From: the human T2T-CHM13v2.0 reference genome, Homo sapiens
Length of the DNA stretch: 64,000 nt
Assembly: GCF_009914755.1 (NCBI RefSeq)
Contig: NC_060932.1
Strand: one strand, 5' to 3'
The notes beneath the pieces were generated by a model. The model was not told the origin of the DNA. It was given only the letters and a program-made list of their open reading frames with translations, and did no database searches. This document shows positions 1 through 14,850 of this stretch, one piece after another. The stretch's first letter is position 1; every line of letters starts with the position of its first letter. The translations under genes and the position numbers were made by a program.

Positions 1-577
1 GTTCCTTCCAATATTGCACTTCCATGTGATAGTCAGTGACATTTCCAATCTCTCTTTTAAAAATAATAAAAAGCTGTTTATTTTCTTCCATTATGTTTAT
101 ATTTGAAAAGAATTGAGATGGGCAACTTCTGCTTCCCACGCCTCTCAAACCCAACACTCACCCCAGTTTTTCCTAGACCTGCTGTCAGGTAGTCTCTCCC
201 CTGGTATGTGAAATCCTCCAAAAACAAACAATACTATTTGCTGAATATCTCAGGTATTGTATAAAAGAAGTTCCCAGCTATTTAAGTAAAGGCATTCCCT
301 TCCACAATAGAAGAGCCCTGGGATTTATTTTTGAAGCACTTAAAGTCATAGAAATTCAAATGCTGATATTTTCTTCTTATACTCTGGATTTTCAAGTGCT
401 TTAGAGATTTATTGATGAGTTCTTTCTATTTCTTATAATTTCCTTGCAAGGCAAATTCTGTGTCCCTCCTATTTCAGATGAATAGGCTGAGGACTGGATG
501 AGATGACTCCCCCACTGTTGTCTCATAATGGAGCAGCCAGTGGGGGCTGCACAGTCTCTCGGTCCCTGGATGCCTGA

Positions 578-628
578 CTCACAGCACCTGGCACAGTGGC
601 TTGCACATAGTAGGCAATCAGTAAAAAC
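578..628 (+). mobile_element. L2 (or MIR) 3'-end fragment
   Basis: cagcacctggcacagtggcttgcacatagtaggcaatcagtaaa resembles the L2 3' terminus. Confidence 0.55.
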
Positions 629-669
629 CTCTCTCCTTTTTTTCTCCCCTCCCCATTTTTCTCTCTCAG

Positions 670-837
670 TGAATGGAGGCTGGTCTTCCTGGACAGAGTG
701 GTCAGCCTGCAATGTTCGCTGTGGTAGAGGATGGCAGAAACGTTCCCGGACCTGCACCAACCCAGCTCCTCTCAATGGTGGGGCCTTTTGTGAGGGAATG
801 TCAGTGCAGAAAATAACCTGCACTTCTCTTTGTCCTG
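670..837 (+). CDS. UNC5D: UNC5D coding exon, thrombospondin type-1 repeat 1 (168 nt, phase 1-1; probably exon 6)
   Basis: Long polypyrimidine tract, then cag|TG at 669/670; donor CTG|gtgaga at 837/838. Translates (V)[55 protein letters not shown], a TSR with WxxWxxW and six Cys, typical of the UNC5 family. Confidence 0.97.
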
Positions 838-1685
838 GTGAGATATATGCAGATTCCCTTTTCCCTTCTGATCCACCAACACTATTAAGCTGGTGTGAAA
901 CAATCAATGTTACCTTCTTTTCCAAAGTTACCCTCTCCCAAGTTCTTAGAATAGAACATTTATCCAAGGTGCTAATGTAAAGCTCATTGTCATGGCAGCA
1001 ACATGGGTGAAATACCACGGTGCAATGTTTTGGGGCATATTTTTTAATACTCAGATGACACTGAACATTCATCGTCAATAAGCCAATTGCTATGAAGTCT
1101 TGTTATACTGCTAGCATTTGGTTGGGCTAAGCCATCCCCTTCTCTCCTTGGGTTCTCCCATCTTGTGGCCTTTATTTGTATAATAGTTAGCAGGGATTAG
1201 ATAAGTTGTCTTAAAGCACAAAAGAACGGGTACCAAATGTTTGACTCTTTATCATTAGTTATCAATCAAATAACTTTATCAGTTCTAGCTTTGTATTTAT
1301 TTATAAGACAATTGATAGAGACTGTATACTGTCACAGCAGTCTATATTTTACATTTGGTCTATGCTTGCCTTTCTTTCTGTAAAAAGAGATACTTCATTT
1401 ACCAAGTATGGCTTTCATAAATTCCTTTGTCTCTTACTGGCTGTAACCCAATTTATACAACGATAAATAGATGAGATGGAAGATGACTTTCTTCATGAAA
1501 TGCATATCCTCCCACTGAGAAATAAATTGACCCTGGGTCTCACATGCACTACAGAACATTAACTCCAAGGACACTGGACTAGAGTCTCATGTCTTTATAA
1601 TAAAATTGCAAATTTAGTTGCAATCGAAGTTAAGGTGGGGCTCTTCCTAGCAGCATATTCTTGGAGTTTCATTTTGGACTTATGT

Positions 1686-1900
1686 TCAATAAGCATTTAT
1701 TGAGTGCTTACTATGTGCCAGGTACTGTGCAGGATGCTTTTACATACATAATGTTGTTTACTCCTGTGTTGTGAGTTTTATTATCCCCAGTTGGCAGACA
1801 TGGTAAAGTGAGGCTAAGTAACTCGCCCAGGATTGCTCAGCGGATAAGTTGGCAGATCCAAGACAAGGACTCAGACATTTTGCTTCAAGTTCAGTATTTT
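1686..1900. mobile_element. MIR/L2-end fragment
   Basis: ttcaataagcatttattgagtgcttactatgtgccaggtactgtgc followed by the MIR-core-like gaggctaagtaactcgcccagg. Confidence 0.6.
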
Positions 1901-2632
1901 TTTTATAGTACCCTATTCTTGATTAATTGCTTTAGATTTAAAATTGCAGTATCTTAAATAACCCACATAAGCATGGTTGAACTATTCCTAGGAGGTAAAG
2001 GGCAATTGCCTCAGACATCTGCCATGATCTCTAGGGTTGCTTTTTAGTGGAATTAAATTCAGTTTGTTCATTTCTACATACAGCAGCAGTCCATGACCCA
2101 AGAAATTCTATTTATATAAGTCCTGGTGTCTTGGGGTTTGACTGACCTGTTTTAGTTTAATACTATCAATATATTTGGGTTTAACTTTATATTGTTTAGG
2201 GGCTTCTAGGGCTTAAAGATAGTTCATTATACTCTGTTCTAAACTGTCAACCACTAAGAAAGTGGCTGATTGTCAGTGGTTACTGCACACAGTTTATCTG
2301 TCCACCTAAGATGCACTTGGGCATGAAAGACTGGGAAAGAATGGGTCATGACAAATTTTTAGCTGACCCAGTGGTGCTGGAAATATGAATGCTTGCCTCA
2401 ATTTGGTAATTGGTCTCATCCTGAAATAGCAAGAGTATTATACCACTGCTTTTGTAAGCCTGTCTCTTCAGGAAAGAAACCATGGAGAGAAGATAAGTGG
2501 ATATGTTCTTTTGTTTCTGTTTGGTGGTTATTTCCTTAAAATCCAGCTCTAGAACAACAGCAGTCCTGGGGTGAGTCTCCTGACCGCTACTTGATTCATT
2601 CTAACAATGGTTTCTTTTGTTTCCCTTTGAAG

Positions 2633-2797
2633 TGGATGGGAGCTGGGAAGTGTGGAGCGAATGGTCCGTCTGCAGTCCAGAGTGTGAACATTTGCGGATC
2701 CGGGAGTGCACAGCACCACCCCCGAGAAATGGGGGCAAATTCTGTGAAGGTCTAAGCCAGGAATCTGAAAACTGCACAGATGGTCTTTGCATCCTAG
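2633..2797 (+). CDS. UNC5D: UNC5D coding exon, thrombospondin type-1 repeat 2 (165 nt, phase 1-1)
   Basis: Branch-point-like ctaac at 2601-2605, pyrimidine tract, aag|TG acceptor; donor TAG|gtaaca. Translates (V)[54 protein letters not shown], in frame with the previous exon. Confidence 0.97.
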
Positions 2798-3249
2798 GTA
2801 ACACTTTTGCTTTAACATCTTCAGTGTTTGTTCATAATACCATTTATGCATCTCAAGAAAGTAAGCTACAGCCATTAATGTGGTTAAATAAGTTAGCAGA
2901 AAGCCAAGCTGCTAAGGGCAAAAATAAATTAGGTAAAAAGTGCAGAAAAGCAGACAAATGCATTTTTAATAGAGATGGTATAAGTGCATATATTGTATCA
3001 CTGTGCATTCTGTTGATGTGTATACTTACTAATTTGATAACATTTTAAGAGTAAGAAAAAATAGTTAAGAAAATACTTCAGACTTTTAGAAGCTACCATT
3101 TTTAATTTTGGTGAAATTCTGATACTGATCACTCTGTGGTTATATTTCCCCCCAGGAATTTTGCAAACACAGTAAAGCATTTAATACATCTTTAGAGACC
3201 ATGGGTTCTGTGGCAAGGAACATGTCTTATTACTGTTACCTTAAAAATA

Positions 3250-4356
<1,107 letters not shown>

Positions 4357-5495
4357 TTACAAGTTTGTGATTTTCTCAGGGAGATGCATCACATTTTCTT
4401 TGGGAAGATGACAGTATGTAGGAAATATCTAAGTTGGGTTTATTCTTCTGCTTCAGTATGACTGAATACCCTTGAAGGCAGGCACCTGCTACCTGTTGTA
4501 TTTTCAGACTAATTCTGTATGGTTCATACATTGGTTAAAATGATTAGTACATTGAAATGAGCACTTCCTGATAGCCTATAGTGCCTTTATTTGCTAGTAC
4601 AAGCACTGATTACCCTGCATGCATCAGATACAATGCAGGGAGCTGTAATGGAAGACCACCTACCCACCAGTTGTAGTTTGGGTATGCTCTCCAATAAATG
4701 CACACCAACCATCTGCTGCCTTCAGAAAGCTTTCCCGCTTCCTAAATGTAAGGAATCTCAACACAAGCTCAATAGAAGGATATTTAAAGAAATGTGCTTC
4801 TCACCTCTCTTGAATACCACCAGATTTTTCTAATACACACATTTGAGGTGTGACTGTTTTCATTTCCACTACAGGAAAATACAAGGAGAACACTTAGAAA
4901 ACTACACATGGCCAGTGTCCATAGGACGAGTTCATTTAATAAGCCAATAAATTGTTTAAAGCAACTACCTGAACTATGACCATGAGTGGCTTCAAGGAAA
5001 GAACTAAGCTTTTTGAATTTTACAAGTACATATACATCTGGTCAATTTTATGTGTCAACCTGACTGAGCCATGGGATGTCCAGATATTTGGCCATGATTA
5101 TAAATTAGTACAGTTGGGCAGTGAATTTTATGTCTTCTAAAGAACCATGACAATATAACTATTTGGCTACTGGTTGAAATTTTTATAGTCATAGTAATAA
5201 CCTTCACTAACAACCACAGGTTGTACTTGCACTTGGGGAAAATCAATGGATATCAGGCTTCAATCTTAATTGACTAAGACTTAATCTGAGAATTACTGAT
5301 TGGAGACAGATAATGGTTATCTCTTAATGTAAGAAAGAATTGTTATCCAACACACAAATATTATTTTTTTGCATTTGCATTGTAATAGTTTGTCATTTAC
5401 CAATTGAATAAGAGTTCTGTTTAAGGCTGAAAGAACTTAATCAGCACTGAGAGTGTACTGGCAAGCCTCGATCCTAACTCTGATATCTGAGATGC

Positions 5496-6000
5496 TGTAT
5501 TAGTCAGGGTTCTCCAGAGAAACAGAACCAATAGGATATGCACACACATAGAGGAAGAGTGCAATGGAGAGATATTTAAAGATATTTATTATGAAAATTG
5601 GCTCATGTGATTCTGAAGCCCAGCAAGTCCAAAATCTGCAAAGCCAATGTCCCAGTTCAAGCCCAAAAGTTGGTAGGCTGCTATGGAACCAGGAACATCT
5701 GATGGCCCAGTTGGAAGGCTGTCAGGCAGGAAGAGCCAGTGTTCTAGTTGGAAGGCTGTCAAGAAGGAGCATTCTCTCTTACTCAGGGGAGGGTCAATCT
5801 TTTGTTCTATTTAGGTCTTCAACTGATTGGATGAGGCCCACCCACATTATGGAGGGCCGTCTGCTTTTTTTTTCAGTCTGTGAATTTAAATGTTAATCTC
5901 ATCCAAAAACACCCTCACAGAACTATCTAGAATAATATATGACTTGATATCTGGGCACCCCATGGCCCAGTCAAGTTGGCACATAAAATTAACCATCATG
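5496..6000 (-). mobile_element. Solo LTR, MLT2 (ERVL) family, with 5-bp target-site duplication GATGC
   Basis: tgtattagtcagggttctccagagaaacagaacc...cagtcaagttggcacataaaattaaccatca matches MLT2 ends; gatgc occurs at 5491-5495 and 6001-6005. Confidence 0.85.
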
Positions 6001-6415
6001 GATGCATATGTGCTTTTGTGAAATTAAAACAGCTCAATCCATTCCTATAGTGGAAATAACATAGCTAGGAAGATAGGCTTGGAATGTGTAAAAAGATCTC
6101 TGTTAAATACCCCCATGAGTTGAAAATGCTACATAAGCCTTTTCTTTCTATTCAATCTATTAATTTCTTCCATTTCCTTTTTCACTTCAGCATGTTTTTT
6201 CTAGCCTTCATTGTATGCATATTAGTATATTTGTCAAATATTATCAGAGGCTTTTGATGGCTATAGTGATGAAGAGTTTTGAAGGAGAAAGGGTGAAGTC
6301 TATGAGATTATTGATGTAATTGAGATATATTTGCATATCAGTGGGAAACGGGTGTGTTTGTAAAAGCCCAACTCCAGGATGTATTCTGTCCTTTTAGATA
6401 GAAAGTGACTACCTA

Positions 6416-6724
<309 letters not shown>

Positions 6725-7290
6725 GATAACACTTCACTATCTCTTCAGGAAGCAATGGACAGTAATCCAATTAAATGATGCCAGCATCACTCTGAGGCTC
6801 TCACTGGTACTCTGTCGGAGTGCTCTTGGTGAAAATAGCTGTGCTCTGAGGATAGAGCTCCAGTGAAGGCTGGCTTTGATTAAAATAGCATTTGGCAACA
6901 GCTTTATGGAGCAGTAGCTTTGTTGAAGAATCTAGGTCATATTACAATTTGGGAATTTTCTTCATCCTAATTTTCTTCCTTGACACTCAACATGACCCTA
7001 AAGCAATTCCTCAATTTCCACCTTCTCGTGGAGGATTCACAATGGCATTTCTTGGCTCTTAGATGACCTACATGTCTTTGATTTTATTTAGCCTTCAACA
7101 AAACAATTGGTTTTTCTTTGTTGTCTCTGAGGGTTGCATTTCTCCTAGAGATGAAGCTGCCAGCTCTGAATGATCACTTTAATATTTGGGTGTTATTGTT
7201 GCTTGGTCAGTTGTGACTAGAACACAGAATCTTAATGTTACACTGTCACAGATGGCCACACCTAGATGCTCTCAACAAGAAAATAAATAC

Positions 7291-7588
<298 letters not shown>

Positions 7589-10559
7589 GTAGGTAAATGC
7601 CCCAAGACTGGTAAGAAGCAGATTAGGAATTTTGGGGCAATAACAGTGAATCCACGAATCTAAATTACAAGCATAAACATGCAGTGCCTTTATACTAGAG
7701 TATTGCTTTTCCAGAGGAAAAAGGTAATGATGTGGTATGACTGTCAAGAAGCAAGAACTTGTTGATCCATGTTTTCTGAGCTTGAACACCAGAATCAGGT
7801 AGTTTCCTGACCATTGGACTTTCTCCTTGCTGTACATACCTGCGTTTGTGCTCTCAGATCACAGCCAGAGGGAAATAAGCTGCGCATGCCTCATTGACAG
7901 GAAGAGAAAGGTGAAAATAGCAGGGTGTTTAATTTGATCCTGAGGAATAAGAGAAGCCAGCTCCCTCTCTCTTAACCCCAGCAGATATAAAACTAAGGGC
8001 ATTGGCTTGAGAAGATTAAATGGGTATGCTTCAGAAGGGATTAGCACCTAGATGTGTAGTGAGACTAAAGCTAGAGAAATGCCACAGGGGCCTGAAAGAG
8101 GAAGTCTCCAAGGCTTAGCTACCTGATAGCTAGTCCGTTCGTCTTGTCAAGGTATAACATAGGTCAGTTCAACATTGACAGTTCAAAAACTGAAATATCA
8201 GTAAAACGGTGGTTTTCACTTCTGATGGCTACAGTGATAAGAAAAGTTTGAGTTGATGGTTAGGAAACCCCATCAAGGATAAAGATGTCTACACAATAGC
8301 AGGTTTAAATAAACATCCCCAAGCTACATCTAATAATCTAACCACATTGTCTATTCAATGATCTACTTAAATGACCTAGACGAAGCACCTGAAAAGGTGA
8401 ACCTGTAATCACAGGAAAGGCATGTTTGCTTTGTTAAGCATTTTCTCTTGGACCATTCTAAACCTCATTGTTATCCATTACAGTAATTACCTGAGTTCCT
8501 TCCCTGTATTTCCTAGGGCACTGAATCAGAGAAATTTCATCCTGGAGATAGCTCTACACATTTAAAACAACTTATTTCTGTACTAGTGGTTTTATGGAAT
8601 ACTTCTTTTGTTTATGGGATTATAATGGATGAGTGTCCCTTTACCCAAACAAAATCTGTCAAGTCCTTTCTTTGGTCAGAGTCAGAAATCATACTTGACT
8701 CAATCTAGACTTTTTGTTGGACAAGTTCATATTTCAAAACCAGCTGAACCAGCCACACTGCACAATTGCTTAATGATAGCGTAGTTAAACTCTCTAAAGT
8801 CAAGAAATGAAAATGCCATTAGCAAGATAACATACCAGCACAATATATTTTTATGTGGCCATGAAGCATCCTACTGCTCGCTAATTCTCCCAAGTACTTT
8901 TAATTTATAGGACATAGTAGGTGCTCCTTTTTACACAAAGACTTTTTCCTAGAAATACTCAATAGCTTGCCTTTCTGCATAACAATTGATTAATTCATAA
9001 TTTGCCTTCATGTATACTGCATAGCAAATGTGGATATAATATTGCAGACCCACAGGAGTCATAATAATGTAGATTTGGGCACATATGGTGTCATTAGCAG
9101 CTTAGCAACCATCTCTCCCCCATGCCCCAAATAAATGCTTTCCCATTATGGGACCAAATATGAAGACCAGTGAGGAACAAGCTTTAATAAGACAGAGTGG
9201 AGTGGCTCAGGAGTGAAGTTTCTTAAAAAGAAAATAAAGCAGACATAGTGCAATATTCACGTGTCTTCGTGAAGGCTTTAAAAACTATTTTTTTTACAAA
9301 GCTAAAACTGTCATTTTTGTGCCTCTCGATGGGCACTTGCACTCAAGTGCCATATCCTGAGTGGATTGGACATAAACAAGATCAAGAATAAAATGCACGC
9401 AACAAATTACCGTAACGCTTCTCCCTTAGTTGCCCATCCACTACTGACTTTTCTATTTTTATGCCTTGTTAATAAAAAGAAAAAGACATTTGTTTTTTTG
9501 AACATGATCTCCCTTCTCAATGAAGACTGGCCTTCATCCATTGGTTTATGATGGATGCGTATTTCATAAGCTATTAAAAATCTGTGGCCTTTGTTACCAA
9601 CCAGGTCTGAAACACTTCAGATGCCTTTTGTCATCCAGAAAACTTTTTCTGTTGTCACCATCTTCTATTTCCTCATGGATCTGTGCCACAGGTACAGAGC
9701 TAAGACACAAGAGCCTAGGTAAGAATTGCTTTCTCAGCTAACAGAAATGAAGGCAGTTATTCTGCTTGTCTCTCTTTAACGATATCTCCTTCTACCTACA
9801 TTTTCCCATTGCTACCCACTTTTTCCCCCCAAGATATTTCAATATGTATTTTTCCACTATGCTTGCATTCTTTTGGTGAAATTAGACAGGAAGTCCTATG
9901 TAGCACTTCAGAAACATAATCTCTGGAAGTTTGTTTCTCTCAAGCACATCTTGTTAACTTTGTTCATTTTATGAGAGAAGTCAAAATAAAACACCTCCAC
10001 TGTAAGTAAGGGCCCTAAAACTGAATTTGGGCAGCTGGAGAGCAGGATGCATGTACCTCAAGGTCATATTACTTAGAGAGCGAGGAAAAAAACGAAAGCA
10101 AAACAAAGTAAAACATAACACAAACCCAAGAAAACTAAACAAACACATAAGAACGAGTCCCTGTGATGATGTAAACTGGAGACAAACCCATTAGGAAGCT
10201 TAAAAACATGTCTTAAATTATAATCTTAGAACCAGCTCGTCGGTGAGAGTGCAAATCCCTAACAAAGACAACTTTTACAGATGATATCCCCGAGAAACAC
10301 TGAACTGGGGACTGTTGGAAGGTACAGAGGTTGAGCTTCAGTGAGGCTGGCCTAGGTTGGGCCTAGATTGATCTGGCATTCAGAACACAGGCTAAATAGC
10401 CCTCAAAGCTCCTTTGTGACTGAGTTAAAACCAGCTGTTTTCTTTTTGAGGTACTCAAAATGGACAGACAGGAACCTAGAATTGGAAGAAATGAATGAAT
10501 TGAGCCTGTTGGATGTGAATATCCATCCTTTAAATGAAGGATAGGTTGAAGCCTCAGGG

Positions 10560-10765
10560 CTCTGCAGTGAGATAGTTTGAGTTTGAATTCTGATTACAAT
10601 ACTATAAGCAGGAACACCTTGAACAAGTGTCTTAATTTCTCTAAGCTTAAATTTGCTTATCTATAAAACAAAAATTATAACAGTATCTATTACAAAGGAT
10701 TCTTTGTGAGAAGATAAACTAATCTGAGTGAAGCATTTTCCCTCCATAGTAAGCACTCTATTATA
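10560..10765. mobile_element. MIR fragment
   Basis: gagtttgaattctga...cttaatttctctaagcttaaatttgcttatctataaaac...catagtaagcactc. Confidence 0.55.
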
Positions 10766-10785
10766 CAAAATAGCAATAACTATAG

Positions 10786-10805
10786 TGTGTGTGTGTGTGT
10801 GTGTG
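10786..10805. repeat. (GT)n microsatellite
   Basis: About 10 GT units. Confidence 0.85.
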
Positions 10806-10807
10806 GT

Positions 10808-10967
10808 GTTTTGTTTTGTTTGAGACAGGGTCTCACTCTGTTGCCCAAGCTGGAGTTCAGTGGCACAATCATAGCTTACTGCAGCCTCAAACTCCTGGGT
10901 TCAAGTGATCCTCCCACCTCAGGCTCCCAAAGTGCTAGGATAACAGGTGTAAACCACCATGCCCAGC
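10808..10967 (-). mobile_element. Monomer-length Alu (AluJ-like; left-arm 5' end joined to right-arm 3' end)
   Basis: tgagacagggtctcactctg...ctcccaaagtgctaggataacaggtg...cccagc; no middle A-rich linker. Confidence 0.85.
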
Positions 10968-11464
10968 ACATGTGTGTGTTTTCTAATAAAGGAATTCTTG
11001 TGGCAGAAAAAAAATGTTTTCCATGTTCTGCAAGAGTATCAACAGTGAGATACTTTCTATGTTTCATTAACACGTTTCCTAATATATCTGGTTAAGATAG
11101 TGTCTAATGAAATAAAATGTACTTGTCATTAAAATCTATAGAAGACATTATTTATACATTCATTACATTCTTTATACAAACTATTTTTGAGCAGTAATTT
11201 GAGAAATACTGTCCGCTGTCAAAAAGAGTTTGGGAGAATCCTAACAGTTCCCAAGGTATCTTAAACTTTCTGTTGGACAAAAGAATCAATATCCTTTCCT
11301 AGAGCTTCTGATAAGTAGCTGAATGAACTACTCTCCATTTTCTATCCTTCCTCTGCTCAGCTGGTAGGATTTGGTCCTGAGAAGGTGACAGACCAGGGGA
11401 TCTATAAGGTCCCAACACGTTCTAAAATCTTATGATTCTAACTAACAGTTAAAAACAACTCAAA

Positions 11465-11644
11465 GTCATACATGGTTGTGCACACCTATATAGTCCCAGC
11501 TATTCTGGAGGCTGAGGCAGGGGGATCACTTGAGGCCTATAGTTCAAGGCTATAGAGCACCATGACTGTGCTTGTAAATAGCCACTGCACTTCAACCTGA
11601 GCAACAGGGCAAGACTCTGTCTCTTAAAAATAAAATAAAATAAA
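11465..11644 (+). mobile_element. Alu right-arm monomer (FRAM-like)
   Basis: tagtcccagctattctggaggctgaggcag...gcaagactctgtctc followed by a (TAAAA)n tail. Confidence 0.85.
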
Positions 11645-11687
11645 CCCTCAAGAGAAAGGCTCAGGAGAGGGAAGGAAGAACACCTGA

Positions 11688-12120
<433 letters not shown>

Positions 12121-13014
12121 TAAAGCAAATCCTAATTTGTCAACACAAATTCAAAAATTCTTTCTCAATGGAGTCAGGAGAAACGAAATCCAACAACATA
12201 TGCATTACTAGACTGTACTAGACTGTATAGCAATTTATAGATTCCGGGATTACTGTTCTGTTGTGAACCAGTTCTAGAACAATGATTTGTTGCATGCCTG
12301 ATACTTCTCTTACTCCACATTCCCAGATTCCAAAATTAGCAATCTTGCCATATTTATTATCAATATTTAATTTTTTTTTTTTTTTTTTTTTTGCTGTCAG
12401 TTATGATTGATATCCAAGGTCCCTTCTAGTCAGGATGTTTCCAAAGTTTAGGCTTTCTGTCATATAAACAAAACTATCCTCATTTTATTAGTTCTGTAAA
12501 TTACAAATTTTACATTTGCAGTGTAATTAATCAGGATTCAACAGCACAAAACCCCGGGTAAGAAATATTAGTCTGGACTAGAGAAAGATTTAATGTCTGA
12601 GATCATAGAGTGGTTTGGCTATAAAAGAAGTGGCAAGAACCCAATCAGGGAAGTGATTTAAAACTGAGTAATCTACTGTTGTGAAAAACTCAGTGGCCTC
12701 TGGGGTGTGCTGAACAAAGCAAATTAATAGAGATAAAGGAAACCTCTTTGTTTTGATTCCACCTATTCTCTTTAAATTACAAACTAAGTACACGTCTCTT
12801 CAAGATCATTACGAAAGGTGATAAATATAATAAAGATGAGACTAACATCATCAATAGACGCTATCATTAACTCTATTAACCCTGCCCTTCCCCATTCTCC
12901 AGAGTGTCAGTACTGTGAATAAGAAAAGACCTGGCCTTCTTACGTGTGTTTAGTACAGGACAGTGTTAGTGTTCAGTGGAATGGAAAATTGCCATGATCA
13001 TTTAGAAAGATATC

Positions 13015-13185
13015 ATAGGGTAGTAAAAAGAGCTCTAAACAAAGAATCAGGAGTCCTAGGTCCCAGTTCAGATCTTTTGTTAACTAGTGTGTTACCTTGG
13101 GCAAATCTCATAATCTTGCACCTTGTGTCTGTAACTGTAAAATGAGGAAACTGAGCAAGAAGATCTCTAAGTTTCATTTTAGCTT
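13015..13185. mobile_element. MIR fragment
   Basis: gaatcaggagtcctaggtcccag...taactagtgtgttaccttgggcaaatc...ctgtaaaatgagg. Confidence 0.6.
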
Positions 13186-13195
13186 AAAAACTTGA

Positions 13196-13382
13196 GATAG
13201 ATAGATACACATACTTATATATATACATACACACACACACACACACACAACATAAGCACATTAAAATAGATACACATATATATACATATAAAGTATGAAT
13301 ATACATTGCAGCTATATATTTACCAGCTTCCAGATATATATGCACACACATATTAAACATATATATACACATATATATAATA
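13196..13382. repeat. Compound (TA)n/(CA)n low-complexity tract
   Basis: About 10 CA units at 13228-13248 within TA-rich repeats. Confidence 0.8.
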
Positions 13383-14179
13383 TGAAAATAACACCACTGA
13401 CATGTCAGTGACTTCAGATTATGTTTTTTTTTTTTTGGAGATTATGTATTTTTTAATGAGTTTTGAGGAGAAGTTTATTCTCATTCACACCTAAAATCAG
13501 CCATTTGAGTGGCTGTTACGTAAGGTGACTTGGGCATCTTTTAGATGTGAAACAAATTGCCCTACCCCAACAAAACAAGTTGCTGGCCTCACTTAGGGAC
13601 TGACTTATCAAATCCAGCCTCTTTAGCATTGTACTCCAAACTCCTCATCAAGTAGCCACAACATCCTATGAATTCATGTAGAACATAGGAAATTGATGAA
13701 CCTTGACTTTGTAATATTTGTGATTGCAATTACGGACACTGTATAAGGCTTAGCAGCACTGATTCATTTGACAGATATTTATTGAGTACCTACTATATCC
13801 TATTTATTGTTCTAGGTACTGGAAATAGGTAAACAAGACTGATGTAGACCCTATGTACAGGTAATTTGGTCTGTAATGTTAGATAAATGTTTGGTCTAGC
13901 ATGAGGACTAATGAAGCTGAAAAATAATTTGGAAGTCAAGGGTCCTCAATTTACAATTTCCCTTTAAGCATTTTTTAATGAGTCAGGACTGATAGCCTCA
14001 TATCAGTTAAGTATTTTCTTAGTCATCATAACAAACACTTCCCAAATCTCAACCCCCACCATCTTCCCTCTCCAAACCTCCCTACCTCCCTCCTGAGCAA
14101 TTTAAGGAACAACCAACCCTTGACACAGCAGGAAGCCACTGTGACCCTATGGCAAGGCTGGCACTTACAAATAGGATTC

Positions 14180-14850
14180 CTTTTTTACAACTTTATTGAG
14201 GTATACTTGAAAGTTAAAAATTGTATATGTTTAAATTGCACAGCTTGATGATTTGATATATGTGTGCTTGTGCAATAGTTGCCACATCAAGCTAATTAGC
14301 ATATCCATCACCTCACATAGCTCCTTTTTTTTTTTTTTTTAGTCCATGTGTGGTGAGAACATTTAAGTCTTGCCCTCTTAGCAGATTTCAAGTATACAGT
14401 ACAATATTGTTAACAGTAGTCACATTATTTCACATTAGATTTCTAGGACTTCTTTATCTTGCCTAATTAAACTTTTTACCCCTTGACCATTATCTCTCCA
14501 TGTCCTCCATCCCAGCCTCAGCCCTCAGCAACCACCATTCTACTCTCTGTCTCTATGAGTTTGGTATCTTTAGATTCCTCATATAAGTGAAATCAAACAG
14601 TATTTATTTTTCTGCATCTGGCTTGTTTTACTTAGTATATTCTGCAAGTTCATCTATGTTGTTGAAAGTGGCAGGATGTCCTTCTCTTTTAAGGTGAATA
14701 ATATTTCATTGTTTGTATATACTACATTTTCTTTATCCATTCATTTGTCAACAGGCATTTAGGTTGTTTTCATATCTTTGCTATTGTAAATCACGTGGCA
14801 ATAAACATGGGAATGTGGATATCTTTTCAATATATTAATTTCATTTTGAT
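14180..14850 (-). mobile_element. L1 3' end fragment (L1MA-like)
   Basis: caactttattgaggtata...accaccattctactctctg...catataagtgaaatc...catttaggttgttttcatatc, typical of an antisense L1M 3' UTR. Confidence 0.85.

Noticed and set aside
837-980. 47-codon intron read-through after the first TSP1 exon
   Set aside because: Length is compatible with chance; no distinctive features and the donor is good.
401-1078. 225-aa antisense ORF over the first TSP1 exon
   Set aside because: Shadow frame of a coding exon extended into intron; no recognisable domain.
5707-5765. Direct repeat agttggaaggctgtca x2
   Set aside because: Internal duplication within the MLT2 LTR; two copies only, not an array.
13395-13410. 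Perfect 16-bp palindrome cactgacatgtcagtg with a p53-half-site-like core
   Set aside because: About one such palindrome is expected by chance in 64 kb, and there is no second half-site.
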